The notes beneath the pieces were generated by a model, which was given only the letters and a program-made list of their open reading frames with translations, ran no database searches and was not told the DNA's origin. Shown here in pieces: positions 28,901 to 39,736 of a DNA stretch of 64,000 bases. Origin of the DNA: Polyangia bacterium. GTDB lineage: Bacteria; Myxococcota_A; Polyangia; JAAYKL01. Both the position numbers and the translations under genes were made by a program. The stretch covers positions 1 through 64,000 of the forward strand of contig JBNKCR010000017.1 in assembly GCA_050287845.1 (NCBI GenBank), in the 5' to 3' direction. Position 1 is the stretch's first letter, and the number at the start of each line of letters is the position of its first letter.

Positions 28901-30922
28901 ATGGAATTTGAGAAATTCAGAATGCAGTCTCCTTTTGAACCCCGGGGCGATCAGCCACGCGCCATTCAACAGCTGGTGGACGGCCTGGAATCGGGCATCG
29001 CCCATCAGGTATTGCTGGGAATCACCGGTTCCGGGAAAACGTTCACCATGGCTTCGGTAATCGATCGATGCCATCGGCCTACCCTGGTGCTCGCCCACAA
29101 CAAAACCCTTGCTGCTCAGCTGTACGCGGAGTTCAAGTCGCTTTTTCCGGATAACGCGGTGGAATACTTCGTGAGTTATTACGATTATTATCAGCCCGAG
29201 GCGTATGTCCCTACAACTAATACATTTATAGAGAAAGATGCATCCATGAATGAGCAACTGGACCGGATGCGTCATGCGGCCACCCGGTCGCTATTGACCC
29301 GCCGCGATGTGATTGTTGTCTCGTCAGTCTCCTGCATCTACGGAATCGGCGCCCGGGAAGACTATACTCGCATGATGATCACCCTTCAGGAAAACGAAGC
29401 GGTTGGACGGGATGCGTTGCTGCGTTCACTCGTGGATATTCAATACAATCGGAACGATACCGATTTTTCGCGAGGGACTTTTCGGGTCCGGGGCGATACG
29501 GTGGAAGTTTTTCCGGTGTATGAAGACGAAAAAGCGGTTCGACTGGAATTCTGGGGGGATACCATCGACCGTATCAGCGAAATCGATCCGCTGCGGGGCA
29601 CCGTACTTCGAAATATACCCAAAGTATCTATTTTTCCAGGCACCCACTATGTGCTTCCCGAAGATAAAATGGCCCAGGCACTGGATAGCATTCGCAGTGA
29701 ACTGCAGGTACGGCTGCAGGAGCTGGACGCCGCCGGCAAACTCATTGAAAAACAGAGACTCGAGGAGCGAACCATGTATGACCTGGAAATGCTTCAGGAA
29801 ACAGGGCACTGTTCGGGGATTGAAAATTACTCCAGGCACATGGACGGCCGGAATGAAGGCGAGCCGGCGACCACCCTCATCGATTACTTCCCCGACGACT
29901 TTCTGATGTTCATTGACGAAAGTCATCAGACGGTGGCCCAGGTGGGGGCCATGTATAAAGGCGATCGTTCCCGCAAAGAAACCCTGGTTAATTATGGATT
30001 TCGATTGCCATCAGCCCTCGACAACCGGCCGCTCCGGTTTCACGAGTTCGAACAGAAGGTGTCTCAAGTGATTTATGTGTCCGCCACGCCGGCAAATTAC
30101 GAGCTCGAAAAGGCGCAGGGGGAGGTGGTGGAGCAGGTGATTCGGCCTACCGGATTGCTGGATCCCGTGGTGGAAGTGCGGCCGGCGAAAACCCAGGTCG
30201 ATGACCTGCTCGAAGAAATCCGGCAGCGGGTGGAGCGGGGACACCGGATACTTGTAACCACACTCACCAAGCGGATGGCGGAGGAATTAACCGAGTACTA
30301 CACAGAAGTTGGCGTCCGGGTGCGTTACATGCATTCGGATATTGATACAGTGGAGCGGGTGGAAATCCTTCGGGAGTTGCGCGCCGGCACCTTTGATGTG
30401 CTGGTGGGAATTAATCTGCTTCGGGAAGGGTTGGATATTCCTGAAGTATCGCTGGTTGGAATTCTCGATGCGGACAAGGAGGGATTTCTCCGGTCTACCC
30501 GATCACTGATTCAGACCATAGGTCGCGCGGCCCGGAATCTGGATGGCAAAGTCATTATGTATGGGGACACGGTGACCAAATCCATGAACGAAGCCATCAC
30601 CATCACCGAAGAAAGGCGGCAGCGGCAGGAGGCCTACAACGCGGCCAATGGAATAACCCCGCAGAGTGTCCAAAAGGCCATTTCCGAGGTGGGACCCGGA
30701 GCGGCAACCGCCGATTATGCCCCTGTGTCCCGAAGACCGGATAAGGCGGAACTGCAGGGGGACCCGACTGCCATGATTGAGGCGCTGAGAGAAGAAATGC
30801 TCACTGCGGCAGCGGCGTTGGAATTCGAAAAGGCAGCGGCGATTCGGGATGAAATCGAGGCAATTGCCCAAAGCCATGGGGTAAAAGTCACCGCCGGTAA
30901 ACGGCGGAAGAGACGGCGATAG
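28901..30922 (+). CDS. uvrB: excinuclease ABC subunit B
   Basis: [55 protein letters not shown]-terminal UVR domain. Confidence 0.98.
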   Translation: MEFEKFRMQSPFEPRGDQPRAIQQLVDGLESGIAHQVLLGITGSGKTFTMASVIDRCHRPTLVLAHNKTLAAQLYAEFKSLFPDNAVEYFVSYYDYYQPEAYVPTTNTFIEKDASMNEQLDRMRHAATRSLLTRRDVIVVSSVSCIYGIGAREDYTRMMITLQENEAVGRDALLRSLVDIQYNRNDTDFSRGTFRVRGDTVEVFPVYEDEKAVRLEFWGDTIDRISEIDPLRGTVLRNIPKVSIFPGTHYVLPEDKMAQALDSIRSELQVRLQELDAAGKLIEKQRLEERTMYDLEMLQETGHCSGIENYSRHMDGRNEGEPATTLIDYFPDDFLMFIDESHQTVAQVGAMYKGDRSRKETLVNYGFRLPSALDNRPLRFHEFEQKVSQVIYVSATPANYELEKAQGEVVEQVIRPTGLLDPVVEVRPAKTQVDDLLEEIRQRVERGHRILVTTLTKRMAEELTEYYTEVGVRVRYMHSDIDTVERVEILRELRAGTFDVLVGINLLREGLDIPEVSLVGILDADKEGFLRSTRSLIQTIGRAARNLDGKVIMYGDTVTKSMNEAITITEERRQRQEAYNAANGITPQSVQKAISEVGPGAATADYAPVSRRPDKAELQGDPTAMIEALREEMLTAAAALEFEKAAAIRDEIEAIAQSHGVKVTAGKRRKRRR

Positions 30923-30947
30923 GGCAGATGGTCAGCGGTTGACAAAT

Positions 30948-30982
30948 AAAAAAACCCTTAAGTGATAAATACTTAAGGGTTT
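30948..30982 (-). terminator. intrinsic terminator downstream of tRNA-Phe (possibly bidirectional with uvrB)
   Basis: 12-bp perfect stem AAACCCTTAAGT/ACTTAAGGGTTT with a 7-nt loop and a U-run on the minus strand. Confidence 0.7.
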
Positions 30983-30983
30983 G

Positions 30984-31056
30984 TGCCCAGACGCGGAATC
31001 GAACCACGGACACGGGGATTTTCAATCCCCTGCTCTACCGACTGAGCTATCTGGGC
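30984..31056 (-). tRNA. tRNA-Phe (GAA), CCA not encoded
   Basis: GCCCAGA acceptor stem, D-arm GCTCAGTCGGTAGAGC, anticodon stem GGGGA-TTGAAAA-TCCCC, T-loop GGTTCGATTCC. Confidence 0.97.
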
Positions 31057-31287
31057 GCTCGGTCCTCAAAAAAGAGACCTTGAGTATCTTCAACAAACTC
31101 CGGTTGTCAATGTATAAAATGAACAAAAAAACAAAAGAAGGTTGGTTTTTGGTAAATACGCGTCAATTAACTAAAAAATGGTTGTAAATTATGTTAATGA
31201 AAAGCCGTGCATAAATCTGTATATTCAACTCCCCGGATGAGAAATGAGAACCGGTTCATGAAAAAACAACCCAGGAATAATTGATCG

Positions 31288-33012
31288 ATGCGAGTTTGTC
31301 CCCAGTGTGGAGAAAAATATCCCGGCGGTGAAATTTTTTGTCCCAGGGATGGCGCCAGGGTCACGGATCCCTCCAGTACCGCAGATATTGTGCATCGTCG
31401 AAGTGTCCCCCCGAAAAAGGAAGAACACGATTCCCTGATTGGTTCCATGGTTCAGAATCGGTATCGGATCATCCGACGGCTCGGCGAAGGCGGGATGGGG
31501 GTGGTATATGAAGCCCTGCACGTGGAGATCGAAAAAAAGATGGCCATCAAGGTGCTTCGGGACGATTTTTCCGCAAAACCGGAAGTGGTGGAGCGTTTCC
31601 GACAGGAAGCCCGCTCCGCCAGTCGCGTTGGCAATCCACATATCGTGGACGTCACCGATTTCGGACAGTTGCCCGACGGCGGCGTGTTTTTTGCCATGGA
31701 GATGCTCGAAGGCGTGGCGTTGGACGAGCTGGTCACCGGGCAGTCCATTTCTCTGGAACGCGCGGTTCCACTGATTGATCAGATTGCCAGAGCATTACAG
31801 GCAGCCCATGACAAGGGGATTGTGCACCGGGATTTGAAGCCGGAAAATATCATTATTGTGCAGCGGGAAGAAGAGGGGGATTTTGTAAAAATTCTCGATT
31901 TCGGTATCGCCAAAATTTCCGATCAGGATACCGAAGGCAAGCGACTGACCCAGACCGGGATGATCTTCGGCACGCCGGAGTATATGTCGCCGGAGCAGGC
32001 TTCGGGGAAATCCCTGGATCATCGGGTGGACGTGTATGCACTGGGATGCATCATGTTTGAGATGTTCACCGGACAGGTGCCATATACCGGCGATTCCTTC
32101 ATGGCCATTCTAACCCAGCACATGTTTGAACCCATACCGGATATTCAGGAAATAAATCCGGCGTGTGACGTTCCCCCGTCGGTACTTAACGTAGTGTATA
32201 AAGCCATGTCCAAGGATGCGGATACCCGCTATGCCAATATGTACGCACTGCGTGAAGATTTGCACCGTGCGCTGGCGGATGCCGATTTCGTGGTGGATTA
32301 TCCTGGCCGGGACCAGTCCGCTTCCATTGTGCTGGGCAACCTTGCTGGCGGCACCAATCGGATTGCCACCCGTCGGGCCAACCCCATTTCAATGGCCTAT
32401 ATGCAGAAAAGACCGCAATTCATGAAAGTGATTGTTGCGCTGATGCTGCTGATTGTCGGACTGGTGGGGTTATTGCTGTACACATGGCGGGATGATGATT
32501 CGAGTGAAAGCGCTATCGCCGGAAGCCGGCAGGCAAAGGTGGAACCCCTGCCGCAAATTGATGAATCTCCCGCGCCACCACCGTCGCAGGAAACAGATAC
32601 CGGGGAGGAAGCGTCCGCACCTTCCCGAATTACCGCCAGTTTTCTTACGGTTCCGGAAGGAGCCGTCATTCATATCGCCGGCATGGGGCAGGTGTGTTCC
32701 AGCGCGCCCTGTCAGGTTGAAGTGGAAGTGGGCGTCCCCATTGAAGTCAGTGCCCGGGTGGGTGAATTCACCCGGACCGAGGTGTTCACTCCATCGACTC
32801 AGAATCGGGAGTTGACTCTGATTGTCAAAACAGAAGAAATATCGGATACTGGTGAGAATGAGACAGACGGGGATACTGGCGACGTTTCGGTCGCGGCGAA
32901 AAAGAATCTCAAGAAGAAACGCCGTCGAATTCCCGGTCGAAAATCCGGGAGAACCAGTAAAGGCAATGCAACTGGCGGGCTGAAGATTCCCGATTTGTTC
33001 AAAAATAATTAA
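31288..33012 (+). CDS. membrane Ser/Thr protein kinase (Hanks type) with N-terminal zinc ribbon
   Basis: CPQC..FCPRDG; GEGGMGVVY, AIK, HRDLKPEN, DFG, GTPEYMSPE; TM helix; PEGA-like extracellular part. Confidence 0.95.
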   Translation: MRVCPQCGEKYPGGEIFCPRDGARVTDPSSTADIVHRRSVPPKKEEHDSLIGSMVQNRYRIIRRLGEGGMGVVYEALHVEIEKKMAIKVLRDDFSAKPEVVERFRQEARSASRVGNPHIVDVTDFGQLPDGGVFFAMEMLEGVALDELVTGQSISLERAVPLIDQIARALQAAHDKGIVHRDLKPENIIIVQREEEGDFVKILDFGIAKISDQDTEGKRLTQTGMIFGTPEYMSPEQASGKSLDHRVDVYALGCIMFEMFTGQVPYTGDSFMAILTQHMFEPIPDIQEINPACDVPPSVLNVVYKAMSKDADTRYANMYALREDLHRALADADFVVDYPGRDQSASIVLGNLAGGTNRIATRRANPISMAYMQKRPQFMKVIVALMLLIVGLVGLLLYTWRDDDSSESAIAGSRQAKVEPLPQIDESPAPPPSQETDTGEEASAPSRITASFLTVPEGAVIHIAGMGQVCSSAPCQVEVEVGVPIEVSARVGEFTRTEVFTPSTQNRELTLIVKTEEISDTGENETDGDTGDVSVAAKKNLKKKRRRIPGRKSGRTSKGNATGGLKIPDLFKNN

Positions 33013-33149
33013 CCGTAAACGGTCACTTTTCCCTTGATAAAAGCCCGGTTACCTGAAATACATCATCATTGAAAACTGGAAATTAGGAATTTCATTTCTG
33101 AAAATTGCAACATTGCAAGAAGATATGCAGGTTTATGTTGAGGCCGCAA

Positions 33150-33575
33150 ATGCACATTGTCTGGCAAAAAAAATATAACGTCAACGTGCTGGAAATCGAT
33201 GCGCAATACCGCAATCTGGTGGAATCATTCAATAGTCTGGTCCGGCTGGTCAAGCTGGGGGTCACATCATCCGAAGTTATCATCCAGGTGGATTTGGTGA
33301 AATCCCGGATTCAGAACTGTTTCAGCATTGAGGAGTTATATTTTCAGAAACTGGGATTCAACGATATCGGTCAATACCGACAGGCACATTCCGCCTGCAT
33401 GCTGCAGCTCAGCGCTTTCAGACAGAATTATGATCCGCAGCAACCCCTGATCAATCTGGCGCATATTGAAGGCATTGCCAGTACACTGCTCGAACACATC
33501 GCATCCAGTCATACAGAATTCAATACATACATGAAAGAAAACCGGCTTCGCACTTTCATGAAAGCACACGCATGA
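33150..33575 (+). CDS. hemerythrin-like protein with degenerate metal ligands
   Basis: IVWQKKYNVNVLEIDAQY, F..EE, QAH and LLEHI follow the bacteriohemerythrin pattern, but several His residues are replaced. Confidence 0.7.
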   Translation: MHIVWQKKYNVNVLEIDAQYRNLVESFNSLVRLVKLGVTSSEVIIQVDLVKSRIQNCFSIEELYFQKLGFNDIGQYRQAHSACMLQLSAFRQNYDPQQPLINLAHIEGIASTLLEHIASSHTEFNTYMKENRLRTFMKAHA

Positions 33576-33630
33576 GAGCCGGCATTCGAATTGATTCTCT
33601 AAAAACCAGCTGACCAGGACAATTCGCGAT

Positions 33631-36063
33631 TTACCAGCAGCGCTTGCGTACCGCTTCATGCCATGCCACCAGGTCTGCGTCATTGGGCGTCATGATCAAC
33701 GCATGTTCAATCAGGGGCAGGGCTTTTTGTACCTCGCCCAGGTGGTAGAACAGGGCAGCGACGGATTTGAGCGCTTCGGGACTGGCATAATGTGTGAGAT
33801 ACAGCGCCTGCCACGCCAGTTGGACAGCCTGCTGTCGGGTTTCGCTGGAAATATGCTGGAGATGGTCGGCGGCGATGGTCAAATAGGTGGTCATCAGCAT
33901 TGTGTCATTCGGTTCAGCGAGCAGCGCATTTTCAATGATCGCCATACCAGCTGAAATTTCGCCGCGGGAGATATGGAGCAATGCCTGCATCTGAAGAAAA
34001 AGCGAACCGTTTTCATCCAGATAATCAGCCATCTGATTCAGAACGTGGGCAGCATCGCCATTGGCACGTCTGGCAATATGAATATCAAATTCGAGTTTGT
34101 CCATCATAAAAATATTGGCTGGAAGAGAGGTTCTCTCCCGAAGTCTCCTGATGGCCACCAGCGCTTCTTCATAATGGTGGGTTCTGAAAAGAAGGTCCAT
34201 TCGCAGCAAGGCCAGATCGAGAGGGGAGCTCACTTCATCATAATACCGGCTGACCAGTTCATATGCTCCCGCAAAATCACCGCGTCGACTCAACGTGAGG
34301 GCTTGAACAATGACTGCATCGTGTCCCGCTGGTGCTTCTCTCCTGGGTTTGGCCAGATGTAGAGATTCGCCATTGGCGCCTGCGGACACCATATTGATTG
34401 CCAGTCCTGAATAGCTTTTATCCAGAAAAAAGGAGATATTGTTTCGATGATCTGCAAAATTCGAAGCACCCCGACTCAATGCGACATAATTGGCGCCGGT
34501 GTTCATTTTAGGTCCCACGGCCGAATCAATACTATGCCATTTTTCCCCGTCCCAATATTCGTTCCACATGTGAAAGACCCAGGCGCCACCGTGGGTCAGG
34601 TACATTCCCGAAACCAGCCTGGTGGGAATACCGGCAGCCCGCATCAGCGATGCAAACAGAACAGAATGCTCGGTACAATCTCCATTTCCGTTTTTTAATG
34701 TTGAAACCGCGTCCTGCATGGTATGGGTCTGTTGTTTCACGGGCAAAATGGCATGCACATATTCTGCTATTAATCGCGCGGCCTTTTCTGAATCGTTCCA
34801 GAAAATTTTCGGGTTACGAATCCTTTCCGCTTTGGCGATAATTGGAACCGCGTTGTCGCACCGGTGGGCGGGTAGACTTCCCCGTTTTGACGCGGATTTC
34901 AAATATAAAAATGCATCTCGAATGGTTCTGGTATTTGTATTGATATATTTTGTGCTGGACAGATCGTCGTCGGTGGGCGGATCGTCACCATCTGGTCCTC
35001 CGGCGGTTACCTTCAGTTCCAGGGTGTGATCATCCAGCTGCTTCAGTGTCTGATTGTCAGGTTCCGCGATAAAGGCGAATTCATCGAGAGACAGTGGCTG
35101 TGAAGATACAATATGATATACCGCATCTGTGGCGCCGTCCGCAAATCCCAGATACGCATCAGAAAAAAGGCCTCGATACGGATCAGTGTATGCCGTGGGG
35201 TTTGAAAACCCATTGTTCGTGAGGGTTCGTGCCTGATGAAGAGAAGGATATTTTTCCACGTATGTACGACCATCGACACCAACAAACACTTTTACAACAA
35301 CCCGTTCGGTTCCCCGTCGAAGCGCTGACACCCAGGTACCGGCAATCAGGTGATCTCCAACGGTAATGGTTTCCTTTTTGCCGAGTTTCATATCCAGAGA
35401 AACGGATGCTTCGACTTTTGGCGTGTACCATAAAACCGACTTCTCTGTGTTGGCAGATGATCTCCCGGTTGCGATATTCTGCAGCAGACGGTTTAATTGA
35501 TTTCCGACCAGCTCATCACCCCGGATAGACAAAGGAGTTGGATTTGTCCGAATCGGACTTTCGACGGTTTCGAGATTTTCTTCAACCCGTTCCCACGTGG
35601 CGCCGTTGAATCCAACCAACGAAAGATGCACATTGCCTTCATCTATCGCCACATTGCATCCCCGTAAAAAAATGCCATTCTCTTTTAAAAACCGTTCGGT
35701 CTGAACAGTGAACCGATCCACTTCTACCTCGTGGGATTTGTGCCGGGTCACCAGATGTGAGATAGTGATTTCCTCCGGCCCCATCGGTCCCTCGGACGGA
35801 AAGGTGGTTCGGACCTCCCGTCCCACATCCATCCCATCCTGGGTGACGAGAAATATCTGATGGGTCCAGCCATTGGGACTGTCAATGGTATCGCAGCTTC
35901 GCGGATTCATCTCCGGCGCTGTTGTCGTTTGGCTGTTCATCTCGCCGGTGGATGGTGGTGCGATTGACCCACGGGGATGTTCCGCTGTTTGAATAGAACC
36001 ACAAGCCAGCGCAAATTGAATTAAAAGAAGTTGGATAAAAAAAAGTACTTTTCGTTTGGCCAC
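33631..36063 (-). CDS. lipoprotein with transglutaminase-like domain and C-terminal TPR repeats
   Basis: Lipobox ALAC; GDCTEHSVLF..L.RAAGIPTR, FHMWNEYW, W..ID catalytic triad; TPR-like helices. Confidence 0.88.
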   Translation of the reverse strand: MAKRKVLFFIQLLLIQFALACGSIQTAEHPRGSIAPPSTGEMNSQTTTAPEMNPRSCDTIDSPNGWTHQIFLVTQDGMDVGREVRTTFPSEGPMGPEEITISHLVTRHKSHEVEVDRFTVQTERFLKENGIFLRGCNVAIDEGNVHLSLVGFNGATWERVEENLETVESPIRTNPTPLSIRGDELVGNQLNRLLQNIATGRSSANTEKSVLWYTPKVEASVSLDMKLGKKETITVGDHLIAGTWVSALRRGTERVVVKVFVGVDGRTYVEKYPSLHQARTLTNNGFSNPTAYTDPYRGLFSDAYLGFADGATDAVYHIVSSQPLSLDEFAFIAEPDNQTLKQLDDHTLELKVTAGGPDGDDPPTDDDLSSTKYINTNTRTIRDAFLYLKSASKRGSLPAHRCDNAVPIIAKAERIRNPKIFWNDSEKAARLIAEYVHAILPVKQQTHTMQDAVSTLKNGNGDCTEHSVLFASLMRAAGIPTRLVSGMYLTHGGAWVFHMWNEYWDGEKWHSIDSAVGPKMNTGANYVALSRGASNFADHRNNISFFLDKSYSGLAINMVSAGANGESLHLAKPRREAPAGHDAVIVQALTLSRRGDFAGAYELVSRYYDEVSSPLDLALLRMDLLFRTHHYEEALVAIRRLRERTSLPANIFMMDKLEFDIHIARRANGDAAHVLNQMADYLDENGSLFLQMQALLHISRGEISAGMAIIENALLAEPNDTMLMTTYLTIAADHLQHISSETRQQAVQLAWQALYLTHYASPEALKSVAALFYHLGEVQKALPLIEHALIMTPNDADLVAWHEAVRKRCW

Positions 36064-36067
36064 CAGT

Positions 36068-36874
36068 TCACCTTAGCATGATGTAAAGGAGAACCAATGG
36101 AGCACCCAGCATCAGGGCATCACATCTGTCCAGAATGCCGCCATGTCCGGGAATCAGTTTGCTCGCATCTTTCACATTGAAGCTTCGTTTAATAAAGGAC
36201 TCCATCAGGTCTCCAACTTGAGAAACAACGCCCAATATAATACCGAGACCAACGGCGTGCAAAAGTTCCCATTCCTTCAAAAAAAAGTGCTGCATTGCAA
36301 TTGCGGCCAATACACTGCCCCCGATACCTCCCACAGAACCTTCCCATGTTTTATTGGGGCTGAGCACTTTGTGCAACTTGTGCTTTCCGAACAGTTTTCC
36401 GAAGGTATATGCAAAAGTGTCATTGAGAATGACTGAACTTAACAACAGAATCAACCACATCCGTCCCTGTTCGAAAAAGGGAATTAACCCGATGGCTCCA
36501 AACAGTCCACCGACATACAAAGATCCGGCTGTGGCCAGGGACGCATTTATCAGGGACTGTCGCGTATCTTTTCCCGAAAACATGAACAATCCGAAATTCA
36601 GTGGCGCGACGGTCATTAATAATACGGTTGGTGCCTGCGGGATCCGGGTTAGCATGCAAACGGTTCCGGCAATGACCGCGCTGAGGGACGAAACCCAGAA
36701 TCGAAATCTGGCGTACTCGTGATTGATTGCCATATTCGCAAATTCATATCCAGCCATGCCTGCAAGCACGGCGGCCGTCGCAGCCACATACACCGGATGG
36801 GCCAATAGAATCAGTGCCAGCACTGGCGGAATAATGATCAGTGCCGTAACAACGCGTAGAGCTAAATTTGACAT
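36068..36874 (-). CDS. cdsA: phosphatidate cytidylyltransferase
   Basis: DTFAY..GKLFGKHKL...SPNKTWEG, GDLMES.IKR...VKD...LIPGHGGILDR.D. Confidence 0.96.
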   Translation of the reverse strand: MSNLALRVVTALIIIPPVLALILLAHPVYVAATAAVLAGMAGYEFANMAINHEYARFRFWVSSLSAVIAGTVCMLTRIPQAPTVLLMTVAPLNFGLFMFSGKDTRQSLINASLATAGSLYVGGLFGAIGLIPFFEQGRMWLILLLSSVILNDTFAYTFGKLFGKHKLHKVLSPNKTWEGSVGGIGGSVLAAIAMQHFFLKEWELLHAVGLGIILGVVSQVGDLMESFIKRSFNVKDASKLIPGHGGILDRCDALMLGAPLVLLYIMLR

Positions 36875-37620
36875 TATTTTCCTATTGCGCCGTATCTTCG
36901 GTTTCTGCTGCCGTAGGCTGCCAGCGCGTCAGTCAGATCGTCTTCGGTGAAATCTGGCCACATTTTATTTGAGAAATAGAATTCCGCATAGGCACAACTC
37001 CATAGCAGGAAGTTGGACAGCCTCAGTTCGCCGGAGGTACGTATCATCAAGTCAACGGGACCGAGATTACCGGACCACAGCGCCTCGGTCAAGGTTTGAA
37101 CAGTGATCTGCTCAGGCATCAAATCCCCGCAGACACAGGATTTACAAATCTTCCGGGTTGCAGCGATGATTTCTTCCTGCCCACCATAGGAAAGCGCAAG
37201 GCACAGAGTCATTCCAGTATTATCTGCAGATTCATCCATCATTTGCTTCAGCGATTTATATACAGAAACGGGAAGCTGGTCTATTTCACCGATGGCAGTG
37301 AGTCGGATATTGTTGTCCATAATTGTGCAACGTTCACGACGTATATATTCGGCGAGCAATTCCATCAGCGCTTTTACTTCCAGAGATGGTCGCCGCCAAT
37401 TCTGCGATGAAAACGCATAGAGCGTCAGACATTTGATGCCACGGGCTCTGCAGGCGGTCACAACCATATCAACGGTTTTGGCGCCCTGCCGATGACCGGC
37501 GATACGATGCATTCCCTTGCTTTGCGCCCATCGGCCATTGCCGTCCATGATAATAGCAACGTGGCCGGGCAGATTTTCTACAGGAGAAATCATTTGAAAG
37601 CTCATACCATACCATCGCAT
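36874..37620 (-). CDS. uppS: undecaprenyl diphosphate synthase
   Basis: HVAIIMDGNGRWA, YAFSSQNW.RP, SYGG..EI, IRTSGE.RLSNFLLW; exact start uncertain. Confidence 0.96.
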   Translation of the reverse strand: MRWYGMSFQMISPVENLPGHVAIIMDGNGRWAQSKGMHRIAGHRQGAKTVDMVVTACRARGIKCLTLYAFSSQNWRRPSLEVKALMELLAEYIRRERCTIMDNNIRLTAIGEIDQLPVSVYKSLKQMMDESADNTGMTLCLALSYGGQEEIIAATRKICKSCVCGDLMPEQITVQTLTEALWSGNLGPVDLMIRTSGELRLSNFLLWSCAYAEFYFSNKMWPDFTEDDLTDALAAYGSRNRRYGAIGK

Positions 37621-37759
37621 AACCTCAAAGAGTTAAAATATACGCTCATGTACCGTTTTATATCTGTAAACTTGTTGTCATTTCCCTTAAAAGAAATTTC
37701 AGATCACTTGGTTTTGCTTTACCCATCCCGGGCTGTGCGCAATATTAATAAAGTGAAGG

Positions 37760-38698
37760 ATGAAAGAAAAAGACATGAACGAAGATCTCTATAAAGTATT
37801 GGAATTGCAACGCAGCGCTTCTGACTCAGACATCAAGAAGGCGTATCGCCGATTGGCCCGCAAATACCATCCCGATACCAACACCAACAATCCGGAAGCT
37901 GAAGAAAAGTTCAAACAGATAGCTGCCGCATACGCGGTTTTGAGTGACAGGAAAAAAAAGGAACTGTACGACAAGTACGGCATCAATGGTCTTCGGGATG
38001 GGTTTGATGAAAATCAGTGGCGTCAATATGGGGGGGGCGGCGATTCTGCAGGAGATTTCAATTTTGGCGGTTTTTCCGGATTTGGAGGTATGGAGAGCAT
38101 CTTCGAAACCCTTTTTGGTGGCAGTCGGGCCAGAGGTCGGGCAGGCCGGGTCAGTGGCTCCCCGCCATGGAGCACGTCCGGGGGGCAAAAGGGAGGCGAC
38201 GTCAAATCGAAACTGGATATTGATCAACTGGATGCGATTCTGGGACGGGAACTCGAATTGCTGGTTCCCATTGGTGGCCAGCAGAAGAAACTCAAAGTGA
38301 AGATTCCAAGGGGAATTGAAAACGGCAAATCCATTCGTCTGAAGCATCAGGGGAGTCCCGGCATGTTCAGCGGCTCTGCCGGTGACTTGATTCTTGAACT
38401 CAATATCCGGGACAATGGTCCATATCGGCGACAGGGGGATAACCTTATCCGGGAGGCGTCCATCACAGTTCCGCAAGCGTATTTCGGCGACACCATTTCT
38501 GTGGAAACCCCATGGGGAGAAGGCAAGCTGAAAGTGCCGCCCCATACACAGGGAGGCACCCGGATGAGAATTAAAGGGCATGGTATCCGAAAAGGGGAAC
38601 AAAAAGGCGACCTTCTGGTGCAAATCAATGTGCTTATCCCTGAGTCCACCGACAAGAAATCTGAAGAACTGATCCGTAAACTCGAAAAACTCTATTGA
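37760..38698 (+). CDS. class II DnaJ/CbpA-like chaperone
   Basis: J domain with HPD, G/F-rich region and DnaJ C-terminal domain; no zinc finger. Confidence 0.9.
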   Translation: MKEKDMNEDLYKVLELQRSASDSDIKKAYRRLARKYHPDTNTNNPEAEEKFKQIAAAYAVLSDRKKKELYDKYGINGLRDGFDENQWRQYGGGGDSAGDFNFGGFSGFGGMESIFETLFGGSRARGRAGRVSGSPPWSTSGGQKGGDVKSKLDIDQLDAILGRELELLVPIGGQQKKLKVKIPRGIENGKSIRLKHQGSPGMFSGSAGDLILELNIRDNGPYRRQGDNLIREASITVPQAYFGDTISVETPWGEGKLKVPPHTQGGTRMRIKGHGIRKGEQKGDLLVQINVLIPESTDKKSEELIRKLEKLY

Positions 38699-39574
38699 GA
38701 AGTCAACCGTATTCTATTTCATGTTCTGGATGTTATTTACTCTGCCAGGAACACTCACCTGAAATGACATCGGAGGTAAGTCCTTCGATTTTTCCTTTTT
38801 TTTTATTCGTCAAGCCAATTGATGATTTATCGGCTTTCAGGGTGACTCAATATATATTCGATGGAAGCGTCGGATTTCGTTTTTTTGATTTTCCATATTC
38901 GGTGTTGCAGATACCCATCTCAATGAATCACAAAATTTGCCTTTCGAATATCCGGGTGTCCGGAACGGCGACCGGTTTGAATCCTTTTTGCATTCGCGCG
39001 AGACCAGCATCTTCAGACTTTCGTCCACTGTCCCTCGGTCGATGAAGTGTCAGCTACACATTGTTCGGGCTTTGCGAATTCGCATAGAAAACTGCTTGTA
39101 TTGCTGCGATTTCGTCGGTGGAAACAGGTGTTGGACCCCGTTTCTGGAAAGTATTATCAGCGCCGCTTTCTATCAATTCGTCCTGTTTTCGTTTGTCCCA
39201 GACATTGAAGGCAGCGATACATGCTTTTTATTCAGTAGTATTCAGTTCTACCACTTCAAGGAACGCCTCACCCTTTCAACCGACCAGAACCCCTATGACA
39301 TTTGAATTACCCGACTCTGAAACCAATCTTCTTGTTGGGTACCATTTTCTTTCATCTGCTTCTACCAGTACGTGTAGGATTATCAGACGAAACATGATGG
39401 CGGAGCAGTGATACCAACCGTACTGGCGAACTTCGGCACTGAAACTTACGATTCTTTCCAGTATTCAATGCAATTGGCTTCAAAACAGAGTATGCGGGGA
39501 GTGTATTTCGCTTTCCTGCTGGATATTTGGAAATTATACAGGTAAAACAACTCCAGTTTTTGCTGCAAGGCATA

Positions 39575-39590
39575 TGTTTCACGTGAAACA
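39575..39590. promoter_or_regulatory. parS site
   Basis: Perfect palindrome TGTTTCACGTGAAACA. Confidence 0.92.
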
Positions 39591-39631
39591 TTACTCTTCA
39601 GGAGTTCATGGTGGCGGTACCTGTAAAAAAG

Positions 39632-39650
39632 TTATCCACAGTTATCCACA
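39632..39650 (+). promoter_or_regulatory. two tandem perfect DnaA boxes
   Basis: TTATCCACA-G-TTATCCACA. Confidence 0.85.
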
Positions 39651-39666
39651 TGTTTCACGTGAAACA
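39651..39666. promoter_or_regulatory. parS site
   Basis: Perfect palindrome TGTTTCACGTGAAACA. Confidence 0.92.
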
Positions 39667-39736
39667 ACGTAAAAGAAAGTGAGTAAAGACGCGGGTTTTA
39701 TAGCCCTTGATAAAATCGCAAATTTTTTATAACAAT

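Noticed and set aside
30948..31056. tRNA-Phe as an island integration site
   Set aside because: No integrase and no duplicated tRNA 3' end seen in the window
30981..31187. 68-aa ORF MCPDAESNHGH...
   Set aside because: Antisense reading of tRNA-Phe
39352..39591. ORF starting MFHVKH
   Set aside because: Translation artefact of the parS palindrome
39690..39730. Possible preQ1 riboswitch before queC
   Set aside because: Only a weak hairpin; the preQ1-I loop and A-rich tail consensus are not matched
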